From Neocallimastix sp. 'constans' (lineage: Eukaryota), in assembly GCA_050613775.1 (NCBI GenBank), contig JBODTK010000105.1, positions 186,001 through 250,000 of the forward strand: DNA of 64,000 bases, in the 5' to 3' direction. Of the stretch, positions 1 through 13,718 are shown in pieces (position 1 is the first letter of the stretch; each line of letters opens with the position of its first letter). Both the position numbers and the translations under genes were made by a program. Below the pieces are notes generated by a model. It was not told where the DNA came from. It saw nothing but the letters and a program-made list of their open reading frames with translations, and did no database searches.

Positions 1-3000
1 GATCTTCTACAGAAACGTTAAAGAATACCAAGCATAAAGAAATAATACCTTCTGCTTCTAAAATAATACGAGCCATACAAAAACCAGTAGGTTTTTGAAT
101 GGTACTAATGGAAGTAGCCGGAGTAGAGGAGGTTGAAATTGGCGTTGGACTGTTTAAACTTGTTGCGGAAATTTTAATTGAAGCAGAAGATTCACCATTT
201 ATTCTACCCGAACCGGAACCAGGAAGTGATTCTTGACTGAGAGTAGTTGTATTTTGTGGTGCTGATCCAACTTTAACAGTTAATTTTTGACGACTGGTTT
301 TACGTGATGAAATCGTTGGTGTATTAGAACGAGATGATGATTCAGTTTGATGAGAAGTTTCACTCTTACTTTGAAGATTTTCTTTATCTAATGTATGATT
401 TGAATTAAGAAGGGTAGAAGCAGAAACTGAAATACTTCTAGGTCTTTCTCCACCACCATTTGAATTTGAAATTAATGGAGTTGAATTGGTGGTCATGCTT
501 GAATTAAACGAGGGAACAAATCGAATAAAAGTATTTTTTGGAACAACAAAGGAAGCCCATTCATTGAAATAACGTGAAATGAGTGTCAACGCGATTCCAC
601 GTTTACTACGACTATTATCTGTAAGGTTACCATTTTGTAAAAGTGAATTAATGTTTGCATATGTAGGACAAATAATTAATTCAATACGAGCTTCATCGAC
701 TAAACTACGAGTAGATTTATTCAAAACGATTTGATTAATATATTGCCAAAAACTAATATGTTGATCATCATTTAAATCAATACCATGATTTGCCATAATA
801 CTTCTGGAACTACTGTCACTATTGGAATGTGGACGACCACTACCACTTGCACTAGTAATTGCAGAGGAATCTTGTTGAGAGTTGGCAAAAAGAGAATGCT
901 TAGCATTAAAGGATGCGACAAGTTTTAGATTTTCATCGGTTTCCCAAATAGATTCTAAAATGGAATGAAGACTAACCAGGTTCTCATGATTTGGATTAAT
1001 GAACGAACCTCTGGATTCAAAATGATTGATAAAGAAAAGAGCAAAAGTATGATGTGCTAATATATTCAAACTTACTTCAATCTTATAGCGTTTAGATAAT
1101 GGGGGTGGATTGAATAGCGGTGAACCACTAGGGCCACCATTGCTACCTACAGTAGATGAATTAGAACCTGAAGTGATAGAAGTTCCACCAGCTGATGGAG
1201 AAGAACCAATTCCTGAAATACTATTAGATTTTTGGGCCATTGACATAAGACTGGAATAATACATACTGGAATTATGAGAACGCCATGGAGCTCTTAATGA
1301 ATATTGAATAGTAACATTGGAGAAAAGATGTAAATTCATTACAATTTCAATTTTATCAGTTCGACCACTCTTAGTAGACGAATGAAGTATAACACCATGA
1401 ATACAAAATCCTTCGCGTAAACGTGTAGATAGTATATGATCCAATTCCACGTTTAATGTATATTCCTTATATCCACAAAGAATTTCACTAGAAATTGGAG
1501 GTTGACTATTAATATCCCATGGGAATTGAGAATCTTGTGAACTGAAATCATGAATGATTGACATCTTCGAAATTTTAATAAGACGAGGTCTTGGAATATC
1601 TACAATACGTTCACGACCATCATAAACAGAGTTATAACGATTATCTGAATTGAGTTTAGTAAATGAACGTTCTCTTAAAATTAGTGTATGATGATAAAAG
1701 TTTGGTGAAAGTGAGGAATCCTTTTCATCATATTCATCAAGTAATGGACAATCACTAGAATAAAGAAATTTTCCAGAGGTAGCCAAAGCAATAAATCTCA
1801 ATTGTTCATTATCTACAACGTATCCAAAATTAGAACTTGGTATATATCCATCGCATGAGCCTACCTGAATAACAGTTACTAATACATTATCTTTAACCAA
1901 TTTTCTACATGAATCCTTTAACATTGAACTTCTATATCTATTTACACCATCTAAATATATTTATATATAATATATATTTACACCATATATATATATATAT
2001 TTATTTTTATTATATATACATATAACAAAAAAAAAAAAAAAAGTAAAAAATTAAAATATTTATATGATAAAAAAATAATTAATAATAATTATATATAATT
2101 AATATAATGAATAAATATATATAATTAATGAATATATATATATATATAATTAAAATAGTGATAAATATATATATGTACATATATATATATATTTTACTTT
2201 TATTCTTTAAGATTGATTAAACATACCTGTAATAATAATTAAACCTTGATGACCCTTAATAGAACTAACATCGAATGAAAAAAGAGCATAATCTAAAGAA
2301 TTAGCTAAATAAGCACTATTTTTATTTTGATTATGATATTTTATATTTGGAATGGACTCTATTTTATATTCATCATCAATATCAGAATTATTACGGGTAT
2401 AATGGAGTTCCATTTCAAAATCTAAAAGTAAATCATATAATTCTTCGATCATAATTTGTATATTCGAAGGAGAGATAAGAGTTTCTTGTAAAATTACTTT
2501 ATAGTGTGAATTATTAGTACCTCGATTATTATTATCCTTTTTAGAACCTTCCATTACTGTAGTATTTGTTGCTTCAACAATAACATTTATATAAATTTTT
2601 GGTTCAAACTAATAATTAAAATAAAAATATATATATAATGAGATTTATAAATATATAGATTTAATAAAATATTAAATTTAATGATAAAATTATTTTTATA
2701 TTAAAAATAAATACTATAATTAATTAAAATGATTGCTATTATTAATTTACAAGAAATGATTTATCATAGATAGAAGAATCTAAAGAAAAAGGTCGTATAA
2801 TACCATCAATACATCTACACATACTATATATAAATACATATATATATTTTATAATATATATATATATATAAAGTAGATAAGTATATAATAAAATTTGATT
2901 ATTGATATCAACCATTTATACATATATATATTATTATTAAATATTTAATCAACAATTAACAATATTTATATCTATTATCTATCTATATTTATTTGAAAAA

Positions 3001-3658
3001 AAAAAAAAAAATGTACATTTCAATAGCTTCAGATATTATAGATCTATTAATGGACGTATCAATAGTAGACATCGATGAACTGAAATTAATTAAAAAAGTT
3101 AAAGAATATTCTGGAGCTATTGCTATAACTTTAGTATGAGGGAAAAGAATAAATTCTAGTTTTTTATGAGAAGTAGATGAATTTATTGATGTTGAGGAAG
3201 AAGATGGTGTCATTATTTTAACAGTACTATCTATTGAAACTCTTTTTAGTTTCTTTTGATGTTGTTGCTGTTGATTCATGGAATTTGAATGAAAAACGGT
3301 CCATGAAAATTGAGGATCTGAGGTTATTTCTAAAATTTCTATCAAATTATTTTTTTCATTCTAAAGATAAAAAAAATAGTTACATATAAATAATAATTTT
3401 GTATTATTTTTTCCAATTGTTATTATTATTATTTTCAATTATGTGTATAGAAATATTAAATAATAATTATAATAATTATAATTATAATAATATAAATAAT
3501 CAAGCGTATTAGTAATTAGATAATAAATTAATAATAATAAATTTCAAAAAATCATTTATATATATAATGATAAATTTCAAAAAAAAAACATTTATATATT
3601 TATAATAATAATGATAAATTTCAAAAAAAAAAAAAAAAAAAACATTTATAAATATATT

Positions 3659-3692
<34 letters not shown>

Positions 3693-3976
3693 TTCAAAAA
3701 AAAAAAAAAAAAAAATATTTAAATATATATTTAATATTAATAAATTATTATCTTTTATTTATTTATTTAATTATTTATTAAAAAAAAAAAAAAAAAAATT
3801 ATATTTACTTTCAAATCTTCTACATTAATAGAGGTAAACATGTGATTTAAAATCCATCGTTCGTACTCTGAACGTGAATACATTAAAGGATTTTTAATAT
3901 AAACAACCACATTTCGTGCTTTATCCAATTGTCTACTGGATGTTTGATGTCTCTTCATAATTTTATTATTTTCCAT
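1..3976 (-). CDS. SZT2: SZT2-like (KICSTOR scaffold subunit) protein, 5' part; continues beyond the left window edge
   Basis: Five exons join in frame at GT-AG sites: 3976-3809, 3360-3017, 2823-2751, 2608-2227, 1950-<1. The translation contains FEPKIYINVIVEA, LIIITDGV, FGYVVDNEQLRFIALATSGKFL and ILSTRLREGF...VTIQYSLRAPW, which resemble the N-terminal region of animal SZT2 as I recall it. Confidence 0.75.
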
Positions 3977-4700
3977 TTGCTTTTTATAGAAAAAATTTAA
4001 AAAAGAAAAATATATTATAATATAATATATATAGTTATTATAAAAAATTAATTTATTTATGCCATTTTAATAGATTAGTATTATAATTAATGTTTAAATT
4101 GATTAATGTTAAATTTGAAATTCATTAATCATCCATTAATATAGCTTGAAATGTAAATAATTTAAAAATTTATATTGAAATTTAACAATTTCAAAAATTG
4201 ATAAATAAATAGTAATATATAAAAAAATATAATAAAAATATAATAAAAATAAATAAATAAATAAATAAATATGCATATATTTTTTTACCAATATTAATGA
4301 ATTTTTTCTCTTTGGTTATTATTACTATTATTATTATTTTCTTTTATATAAGTTTTTTTATCATTATTTTCAAAAATAAAAATTGGTATTTGCAATTGTA
4401 TAAATATATATATACTTAATAAAATTGTTTTGATTTATATTTTTTTAATTATATAAGTTCTAAATAAAATAAATAAATAAATAAATAAATAAATTAAATT
4501 AATTGATTATATATATTTTGAAGAAAAAAAATATATTATTTTTATTGATAAATTTGATATATACATTTATTAATCCTTTTTTTTTTTTTTTTTCTTCTTT
4601 CTTATAAATAAAACTGCTTATTTATTATAGTTATTACGTTATTATGTTATTTGAGTTTAAAAGTTGAGATATATATATATTTATGTTAATATAATATATC

Positions 4701-4733
<33 letters not shown>

Positions 4734-4805
4734 AAATTTTATCTATTTTAAAAGTGTACAATTTGAAATTCCTTTGATTCAAATAAAAATATTCATAAGA
4801 AAAAG

Positions 4806-4837
<32 letters not shown>

Positions 4838-5559
4838 AGCCTTTTAAATTAAATTAAATATTAAATTAAAATTTTATAAAAACATCCCAATATCAATTTT
4901 AAATATTAATCCTTTGAAGAAATTTTCTTTGTACTAATATTTTTTAACTCTTTAAAATAAAATAATTTTACAATTTATTAGATTGTTTATTTTTATTTTA
5001 TTTTATTATTACTATTAACTTTTTTTTGTATTAGTTTTTTAAAGGTTATTCATGCTATAAATATTATTTTATCACACAGTATTCCTTTTGTTCTAATAAA
5101 TTAATATTTGTGGTTTTAGTTATTGTTATTATTTCTTCAATAATTTAAAGAGTTACTTAAATATTCATATTAATCTTAAATTGATTGATTAATTTGTTTT
5201 AATATATTTATTCTTGAGTTATCATATATAATTGAAAGAATATTATATTTTTATATTTAAAAAAAAATTATATATATATTATTAAAATTAATAAATTTTA
5301 ATTATTAATAAAATTTATCGATATTTTAATTATCATAATAAAATTAATTAAAAAAATAATATTTCTTATGATAAAAAAAAAAAAATTGTTATAATTTATC
5401 TAAATTAATTGATAAAATATATAAATATATATAAAAGGAATAAATATATAATAAATTAAAATAATATATCTTGAAGAGATCTTCAAGAATGTATTAACAT
5501 ATTAACAAAAAATGTTATATATAAAAAAAAAAAAAAAAAAAAAAAATTAAAATAAAATA

Positions 5560-6140
5560 AAATAAAATAAATAGTAGAAATATAAATGTAAAGTATAGAT
5601 TGAATAAAATAAAATAAAATAAAATAAAATAAAATAAAATAAATAGTAGAAATATAAATGTAAAGTACAGATTGAATAAAATAAAATAAAATAAAATAAA
5701 ATAAAATAAATAGTAGAAATATAAATGTAAAGTATAGATTGAATAAAATAAAATAAAATAAATAGTAGAAATATAAATGTAAAGTACAGATTGAATAAAA
5801 TTAAATAAAATAAATAGTAGAAATATAAATGTAAAGTACAAATTGAATAAAATAAAATAAAATAAAATAAAATAAAATAAAATAAAATAAAATAAATAGT
5901 AGAAATATAAATGTAAAGTACAGATTGAATAAAATAAAATAAAATAAAATAAAATAAAATAAAATAAAATAAATAGTAGAAATATAAATGTAAAGTACAG
6001 ATTGAATAAAATAAAATAAAATAAATAGTAGAAATATAAATGTAAAGTACAGATTGAATAAAATAAAATAAAATAAATAGTAGAAATATAAATGTAAAGT
6101 ACAGATTGAATAAAATAAAATAAAATAAAATAAAATAAAA
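5560..6140. repeat. Compound minisatellite: 9 copies of a ~36-bp unit separated by variable (AAAAT)n
   Basis: The unit AAATAGTAGAAATATAAATGTAAAGTAYAGATTGAAT recurs near 5570, 5641, 5708, 5760, 5812, 5894, 5971, 6023 and 6075. Confidence 0.95.
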
Positions 6141-6239
6141 TAATAATAAAATCATAATAAAATCATAATAAAAAATAAAAGGAATAGAATTAATTGTATA
6201 ATATATTTTATTGTTTTAATTAAAGATAAAAATATTGGT

Positions 6240-8480
6240 TTATATCCACATCTGGCACGAAGTACCCATCGGAAACCAATGCTAAATTCAGGATACTTAA
6301 AAGTTGAGCTTTAGGTAGTCTCTAGTTTTTTCAAATTTGTTTTTCTTATAAGCCTTAGCCGTAATTAATTTTCCTGCCATATCTCTATCTAAAAGTTTAC
6401 AATTTTTTTTTTTTTTTTTCTGATGGAAATTTATCTAAAAGTTTACATTTTTTTTTTTTTTTTTTTTTTTTTGTGATGGAAATTTATTTAAAAGTTTACA
6501 ATTTTTTTTCTTATTTTCTTTCTTTTATCCCATATATAACGTCTATAAACGTGATATATCTCTAAGTAAATCAGAGAAAATGCATTTCGAGTTTTACCAT
6601 TTTTTAAAAACACCTTACCTGAGCAATTACACCTTTTTAGTCAAAAGAGGAAGGATGTTAAGTTCTTTAGAAACACAATAAAGGAATGTTAAAAGCTATT
6701 ACCATTAGAAAAATCTTTCAAATCCAAGTATAATCCTGAATTAACTAATGTCTGTGTACTTCTCGTTTCTTTCTTTATTCGATCCAGGTAGAGGTGTATA
6801 ATACGAAACTTGCCACAATGACTATAGCTGAAAACAAAGATTTTTGTTTATAAGGCATAGGAATATGAGAATTTTTAAGAAATCTTTTTATGGGATACAG
6901 TGCTTTTTCTAACTTTATTTTATTCATTCTCTGTATGATCGGTCTTCAATTCTAAATCATTTGAAAACGGTACCCCTAAGTAGGTAGAGCAATTCGTTTT
7001 TTTTTTTTTTTTTTTTTTTAAGTTTAACTCTTGACTTAGAAATAAAAAGTAGGGGTTATTATTATTAAGAAATCTTGAAAATCTTCTCCTCATACTACTT
7101 AACTGGCACATTTATTAGTACCAAATTGCATTTTATTGTATTTCTTAGCCCATTTTCTGGTAAAATTTTAACAAATTTCTTAAGTTGAGATCATAAATTT
7201 CTTTTTTTTTTTTTTTTAAGTTCAAGGCATTTATACCTATCCCACCTAACAATTTTTTTTTTTGTTAACAAAAATGGATTCATCTATGGTAGTTTTCTTG
7301 CAATAAACTACAAGAAGTTTATGATCAGATATAGAAGGGTAATCAACAAAATAAGCACTTGATATTTTATTCAGCATACTTGAATTGACATAAACGCATA
7401 ATCAATATTTGATGAATATCTATCTCTCGAGCATGAAATAGGTGAACTATCAATCAGAAGGAATAAATCAGTTACCAGGGGTACTATTGGTTAATTTATC
7501 TTGTAAATCAGCGGTGTTTATGTTAAAGTCTCCAAGAAGAATAGATGGATGATTCATGTAATTCTGAAGCTATGTGAAAAACTTCTGAGAATGCCTATCG
7601 GACTTGTAATGAATGTTTCTTAGTGGGAAAATATAGACTTTACCTATAGAACACTTAGAGTGATTCCATAGACTATATGTTGTTAAAGAAACAAGATGAG
7701 TATAGGAATTATATCTTCATAGAACTGCTTGGCGTGAGACATGATGACCCCAAGATATAAACCTCTTCAACCTTGACGTAGTTGGATCCATCCTTTTCCT
7801 GGAAATATTTATAGTTGGGAAGTGTTACTTTCCATAGATTTCTAACATCATTGGTACCATTACTTATTTCCTGAAAAATATAGGAATAATGGTTTTAAAA
7901 AATTGTGGTGAAGTACTCGATACTATCTCTTTTCACAAAATTCCATCCATTAGGATTCCAACTAAGACAAAAAAAAAAAAAAAAACTTTCCTGTGTTAGA
8001 ATGTGAAATTGGATTTTGAGAATTAAGATTAGGAATATTGGGAGCATTGAGTTTATGATTGTCATTTATAACATTTGAACTGAGGTTTACTGAGCTTGAG
8101 CTTGTATTATTGAAGGTGTTATTTGATATTAGATTTTGTTTTAAATGCTGAAAAGAAACCTTATGATTCCATTTGGAATATCAACGGAATGAAATTTTGA
8201 CTCCTGATATTGCTTTAATACAAATATTTCTTCAAATTTTTTTTGGTTGAAATTTGGAGTGTGTACTTTTATCCTGAAGAAACTATCTTTGAATTTAGTA
8301 ATTCTTTTCACTGACGAAATACTATCCTTAAAAAAATTTTTTTTGTGTATTTAGAATGAATAAATTCCTTCATTTTAGCATTGGTCCATGAGTGTATACC
8401 ACAGGTAAAAGTCAATCTTGTGTTGTTAATTAATATTCCATAACAGCGAGAACCCTGAGTGAAATATTTTTTCCATAATG
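6240..8480 (-). mobile_element. Degenerate, internally deleted APE-type non-LTR retrotransposon (LINE)
   Basis: Fragmented minus-strand frames give the APE endonuclease motifs CLSWNPNG, FQE, PSILLGDFN, SNIDYAF and SISDHKLL (~7970-7300). These are followed by the RT-end motif TYLGVPF (~6990) and C-terminal GFRWVLRARCGY (~6270). The RT core is missing and there are many frameshifts and stops. Confidence 0.8.
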
Positions 8481-8589
8481 AACTATAAATTACAAATTGA
8501 TTAAAAATGAAACTAATAAAAACTAAAATACAAAAAAACTAAAGAAATATAAATATAAATAAAAAAAATATAAAAAAATAAATATAGAA

Positions 8590-8625
<36 letters not shown>

Positions 8626-9353
8626 ATAAAATAATTAAAAAATAATATGAAGATTTTTTCTTTGAGCAGTAATTGATTAAATTTAAGTAAAATAAATAAT
8701 TTAAGAATTTTGTAATAATGAATAATAACCTTTTTATTTATTTATTTATTTATTTATTTTTCTGTTATCTTTTGAGTTTCTTAAATTCTTTTCGATCAGT
8801 AAAGATTTGAATGATAAAATAAAATTTTCTAACGTACTCATAAATAAACCGAAATGAAAATGTAAATAATGTTAGTAGTGAAAAACTATAAAAAAAAAAA
8901 AAAAAAGATTCCCATCCATTAAATAATGTCTTAAACACAAGCGTTGGAGTGAATCAATCTCCTACATTTCCAATTTTACAATTACTACATGAGAGTTTAA
9001 ATAATACTATAGAAAAATACATACACAAAATAATGCTAAAGTAAAAAAAAAAAATACAATAGATACAATAGATTCATTACAATGATAATATGTAGAAATT
9101 ACATGATATTATTAATTATATAACACCAATGTTACTACCTATCCAGTTTAAAACAATATAAAACCTCAGGTTCACTTTCAACAGTCTTCCAGTATTCCAA
9201 TTTTCATTCTTCGTACTAGAAGCCACTTTAGAAAGGATAACCATCGATTATCATTAGAATCACAAAAAAAAACTATAATCAGTACACCTAATATAGGCTA
9301 TTCCTTTTCCATCAACCTTTCATGGGCCTGGAAAAATAGTCCATATCATTGGG

Positions 9354-9419
9354 ATACTTAGACATGTATGGCTTAGTCTTTGAGACAAGCATATAACTAC
9401 TGGAAGGATCGACCAGGTA
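9354..9419 (-). pseudogene. Isolated 5' fragment (~66 nt) of 18S rRNA
   Basis: The minus strand reads TACCTGGTCGATCCTTCCAGTAGTTATATGCTTGTCTCAAAGACTAAGCCATACATGTCTAAGTAT. This is the conserved eukaryotic SSU 5' end with about 5 substitutions. No further rRNA sequence follows. Confidence 0.92.
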
Positions 9420-9447
9420 ACTAATCTTTAATAAGAAAAAAAAAATT

Positions 9448-9485
<38 letters not shown>

Positions 9486-9703
9486 ATAAATAATGAAACG
9501 TTTATTAAAAAAAAAGATAAATTACATGATATCAAAATTTAATATCATCAGTTATAATTATAAAATAAAATTAACCATGTAAAATAACTAATGTAATAAA
9601 AAAATTCATTGCAATCTTTAAGAGAGAGTTGATGAATAAATTTTTTAAAACTATACTTAGAAGATTTTTTTTTTTTAGACTTAGAGAATAACTTTATTTA
9701 ATT

Positions 9704-10159
<456 letters not shown>

Positions 10160-12023
10160 TGTTAAAAGTTATGAATTTATGGTTTATAATTATGTCAATT
10201 TTATAAATATATTTTATGATAAAGAGTTACTAGCACTTATTTATTCTAAATTAAATGCTTTTATATTAATACATTGTGGCTTATACATTATATATTACAA
10301 TGTGTTTCAATACATTTGAAGCTTATTTTTCATACATTTCACATATTCTAACATTCCCCCTTAAACCTAGTTATTCAATAATGAATAAATTGGTTTACTG
10401 GTGAATATGTGTATATAAAATTATCTTATTTTACACTATTAACTTGATATTATTAAACTGTTATATATATTTCTATCCTAAATTAACCTCTAATTTTACA
10501 TGAATAAAATACCTTTTATGTAATATTAATTTTTTAATTTAATTTAAATATTGCTAAAATAATTTCTTAAATATATTTATAATCTAATAATTTCCCCCTA
10601 AAACTAAATATTTAATATTATTACACCATTAATATTAGATGTATCTAAAACATCTCTTATAGTATATGGTTTATATATTACCATTTATATGATGGATATG
10701 ATGGAAACCTTTCTCTTGAAGGGTGATATTATACCATCTCAATTTGTGTGAATACCTCTTATATTTTGGGTTTTACATCACTTTCAATTATAATCCGCTT
10801 TATAGATTAGCGTTAACTTTTATATATTTTCGCTTTGTAGTTTTAGCGATAACTATTAAAATAAATTGTTAATTATATATTGGTGTATTTGATAAATCAT
10901 AATCTTGGGGTATTAAAATTGATTGTATTTATAATTAATTATATTATTTTAGTCATTTAAACTTATTAGTAATAATATAAATTGTTTCATAATTGATTAA
11001 TATTCACTATTTCAGTTAATTCTTTCTTAAAGGTTAATTTTGTTATTTTTCGCTATTAGGCTATTTTATTCATTTCAAGATAAATATTATTTTCAAATAA
11101 TTAGCTCAAAGAATCAGTTAAGTGACTTTTCTTTAATATTTTTATTTTCTTTTATATTTTTATAATTTGTATTTTATTTTGCTTATTTTCCCCCTAAAAT
11201 CCAAATTTCTAAAAAGGATTTTATATATTTGAATTTTCTCATCATTAAAATATTAATTATAAAATTTTAATAATTTTAAATACTCTGTAATAAATAAGTA
11301 TAGTTTATAGATGGATAAACATTATCCATTTTTACATAATTCATGGTTATATTTATTATTTTATTATACCTTTCATCACGAAGGTTTGTATTATGATTAT
11401 ATTAAATAATTTTTTTTTTTTATTTAAACCTATTCACGCTAGGTCTAATAATATTATTATTGTTAGAATGTACCCTAGGAATTACCATTCTATTATATTT
11501 CCCTTGAATATTTGGGATATTATATATTAATTATTTTATATGAGGTCTCTGACATATAGACTCATCCATTATTGTAGTTTATATTTATTTATACGCGTTT
11601 TATATTTATAAATACGCGTTAAAATAACTATCATTTAAATAATATGTTTTTTATATTCATGGGGCGGAAATAGTCCATCACATAGTAGATTCCTTCATGT
11701 ATAGATATTATATTACTAATAGCCAAAAGCTTATTTGTTAAAATATAAAATTATAATTTCAATTAATGATCTCTAGTATGAAGATATATAATTTTCTTTT
11801 ATATACGTTTATACGTGTTTTTTCTTTTTAATAAATATTTTTATATTTTTTTTTTTTTTTTAGTTTTACTTATCCTGAAATAACTTCTTTTATCAACAGT
11901 TTTATATTTTACGCGTTTCTTCAATTTTTCTGTCTTGATTATTTTGATCAGTTATCAATTTTATTAGTCTTCTTAAAAATTGACATAATGAGCAACCTTT
12001 ATCTTAATTTAAAATACAATTAT

Positions 12024-12054
<31 letters not shown>

Positions 12055-12322
12055 GACATAATATTGTTTCCGGCAAAAGATTCTTTTGCTATGAATCTTT
12101 GTAAGAGTCAGATGAGACTCTTAATCTGTTAAAAGTTATGAATTTATGGTTTATAATTATGTCAATTTTATTAATATATTTTATGATAAAGAGTTACTAG
12201 CACTTAATTATTCTAAATTAAATGCTTTTATATTAATACATTGTGGCTTATACATTATTTATATTACAATGTGTTTCAATACATTTGAAGCTTATTTTTC
12301 ATACATTTCACATATTCTAACA
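10160..12322 (-). mobile_element. Non-autonomous Ty1/Copia-type LTR element (no intact ORF)
   Basis: Direct repeats 10160-10353 and 12127-12322 (194/196 bp, about 3 differences) with TGTTA...TAACA ends and a 5-bp ATAAT duplication inside the AAT tract. On the minus strand the PPT is AAGGGGGAA (10354-10362) and the PBS is GATTAAGAGTCTCAT (12112-12126), abutting the LTR. Confidence 0.88.
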
Positions 12323-12439
12323 ATAATAATAATAATAAAATTACATAATTTAAATGAAAAAAAAAAAAAAAAAAATAAAGATAAAAAAAAAAAATAAAAT
12401 TCAGGAAATTAAAAAATTATATATTTTATAATTATAAAA

Positions 12440-12930
12440 AGTGCATTAGAAGCAATAGTTTCTAACTTTTCCTATTCATCGATGATAACAACACGTTCCA
12501 TTATTATGAATAATAATTTTAGTATTACTATTACCAACCGAATCTGTATCCAGATCTTTCGCTGGGAGATGAAAATCCAATGCCTTTTCATCTCGACGTC
12601 GACGCTTTTAGCAACGGTAGATTCAACGGAATACCATTTCATCATCAAACAAATTAATGGAATTACATTTGTTAGAAACTCCGCAATCCTCACAAAATAC
12701 GGAACAGTTGATGAAGTTGAATTTTGTTTAAAAATATTGTCAACAAAAGACAAATTAGTTAATTTGACTTTGTTCCACATCATTAAGTTTCTTTTTTTTT
12801 TTTTTTTTAATACATTGAACGCCCACCAAGAAAAGCACTCAACATAAAATAATAAATATTATTATCAATATCCTTTTCTGAATCTAAAGAAACATCCAAG
12901 AATCTTTGTTCAATTATCATTGCAAACTTT
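12440..12930 (-). mobile_element. Degenerate 3' fragment of a LINE ORF2
   Basis: The translation FLGGRS...STVPYFVRIAEFLTNVIP...STVAKSV aligns by eye with LLGGRS...SDTPFLVVTAALLQSIIP...TTTTKSV of the LINE tail at 38861-39420. Confidence 0.6.
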
Positions 12931-12943
12931 AAAAAAAATAATT

Positions 12944-12950
12944 AAAAAAA
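12944..12950 (-). terminator. RNA polymerase III terminator (T7)
   Basis: Seven T on the minus strand immediately after the tRNA discriminator base. Confidence 0.85.
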
Positions 12951-13023
12951 TGCTTGAGCCGGGGTTCGAACCCAGGACCTCGTCCGTGTGAAGGACGCGT
13001 GATAACCACTACACTACTCAAAC
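12951..13023 (-). tRNA. tRNA-Val (anticodon CAC), intronless
   Basis: GTTTGAG TA GTGTAGTGGTTATCACG CGTCC TT-CAC-AC GGACG AGGTC CTGGG TTCGAAC CCCGG CTCAAGC A: a full 73-nt cloverleaf with intact A and B boxes. Confidence 0.97.
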
Positions 13024-13701
13024 ATCTGTTGTTTGAAATGATACGATACCACTATAAAAATAAGATTTAGGTAAGAAATTTAAGTTAGAAATATTGTATA
13101 AATATTATTGGTTATAATAATTAAAATAATTTATATATAGTTAATTCAAATAATTATTTTTAAAAGCATGGTTAATTCTTTTGTCATAATTAAAAATAGA
13201 TAAATTATATTATTAATGATTCTATTATTATGATAATAAATTAATTCATCATTATTATTAATAAGTTTTATTTTATATTTTAAATATTATTTTGAGAATT
13301 ATATAGTTTTAGGAATTATATTATAAATATTGATAATTATATTTTATTCAGGAAATATATTTTAAATATTAATAGTTAAATATATTTAATAATGAAATTG
13401 TATTTTTAAATAAAGTTATTAGGAAATTAATAGTTAAAGAGATATGTTTAATAAAAATATAATATTAATTAATTATTTTAACAATTATATAAAATTAAGA
13501 GAATGTAATAATAAATTATTATGTATGTAAAAATAAAATTATAAAAATAAATAAAGAACAAAATATTATTATAAAACATTATTATTATAAATTATTTTCT
13601 TATATTTATTAGAATATATTATTGTGTCATAATTCCCTAGAGAAACGACCAAATAAATAAATAACTAGATATGGAATATTTTAAATGTTCTGTATCAAAA
13701 A

Positions 13702-13718
13702 TGGTGGAGAATCCGGGC
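13702..13718 (+). promoter_or_regulatory. Primer-binding site, tRNA-Ala type
   Basis: TGGTGGAGAATCCGGGC, 4 nt after the 5' LTR; complementary to a tRNA-Ala-like 3' end (..TTCTCCA-CCA). Confidence 0.8.

Noticed and set aside
5560..6140. CRISPR-like look: a 36-bp constant unit repeated 9 times
   Set aside because: The intervening sequences are only (AAAAT)n, not unique spacers; there are no cas genes and the context is eukaryotic.
5515..6155. ORFs 5515-5841 and 5547-6155, and similar I/Y/F/L/K-rich ORFs (3509, 13839, 48908, 54063, 54151, 55321, 56792, 63499)
   Set aside because: They are translations of simple repeats with no protein-like content.
12146..12397. 83-aa ORF
   Set aside because: It lies in the Copia-type LTR and runs into simple repeats; the other LTR copy has a 2-bp indel in this frame.
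12440..13023. tRNA head plus LINE tail as a SINE
   Set aside because: The tRNA is a perfect cloverleaf followed at once by a T7 terminator, and the LINE part is decayed; there is no evidence of a co-mobilised unit.
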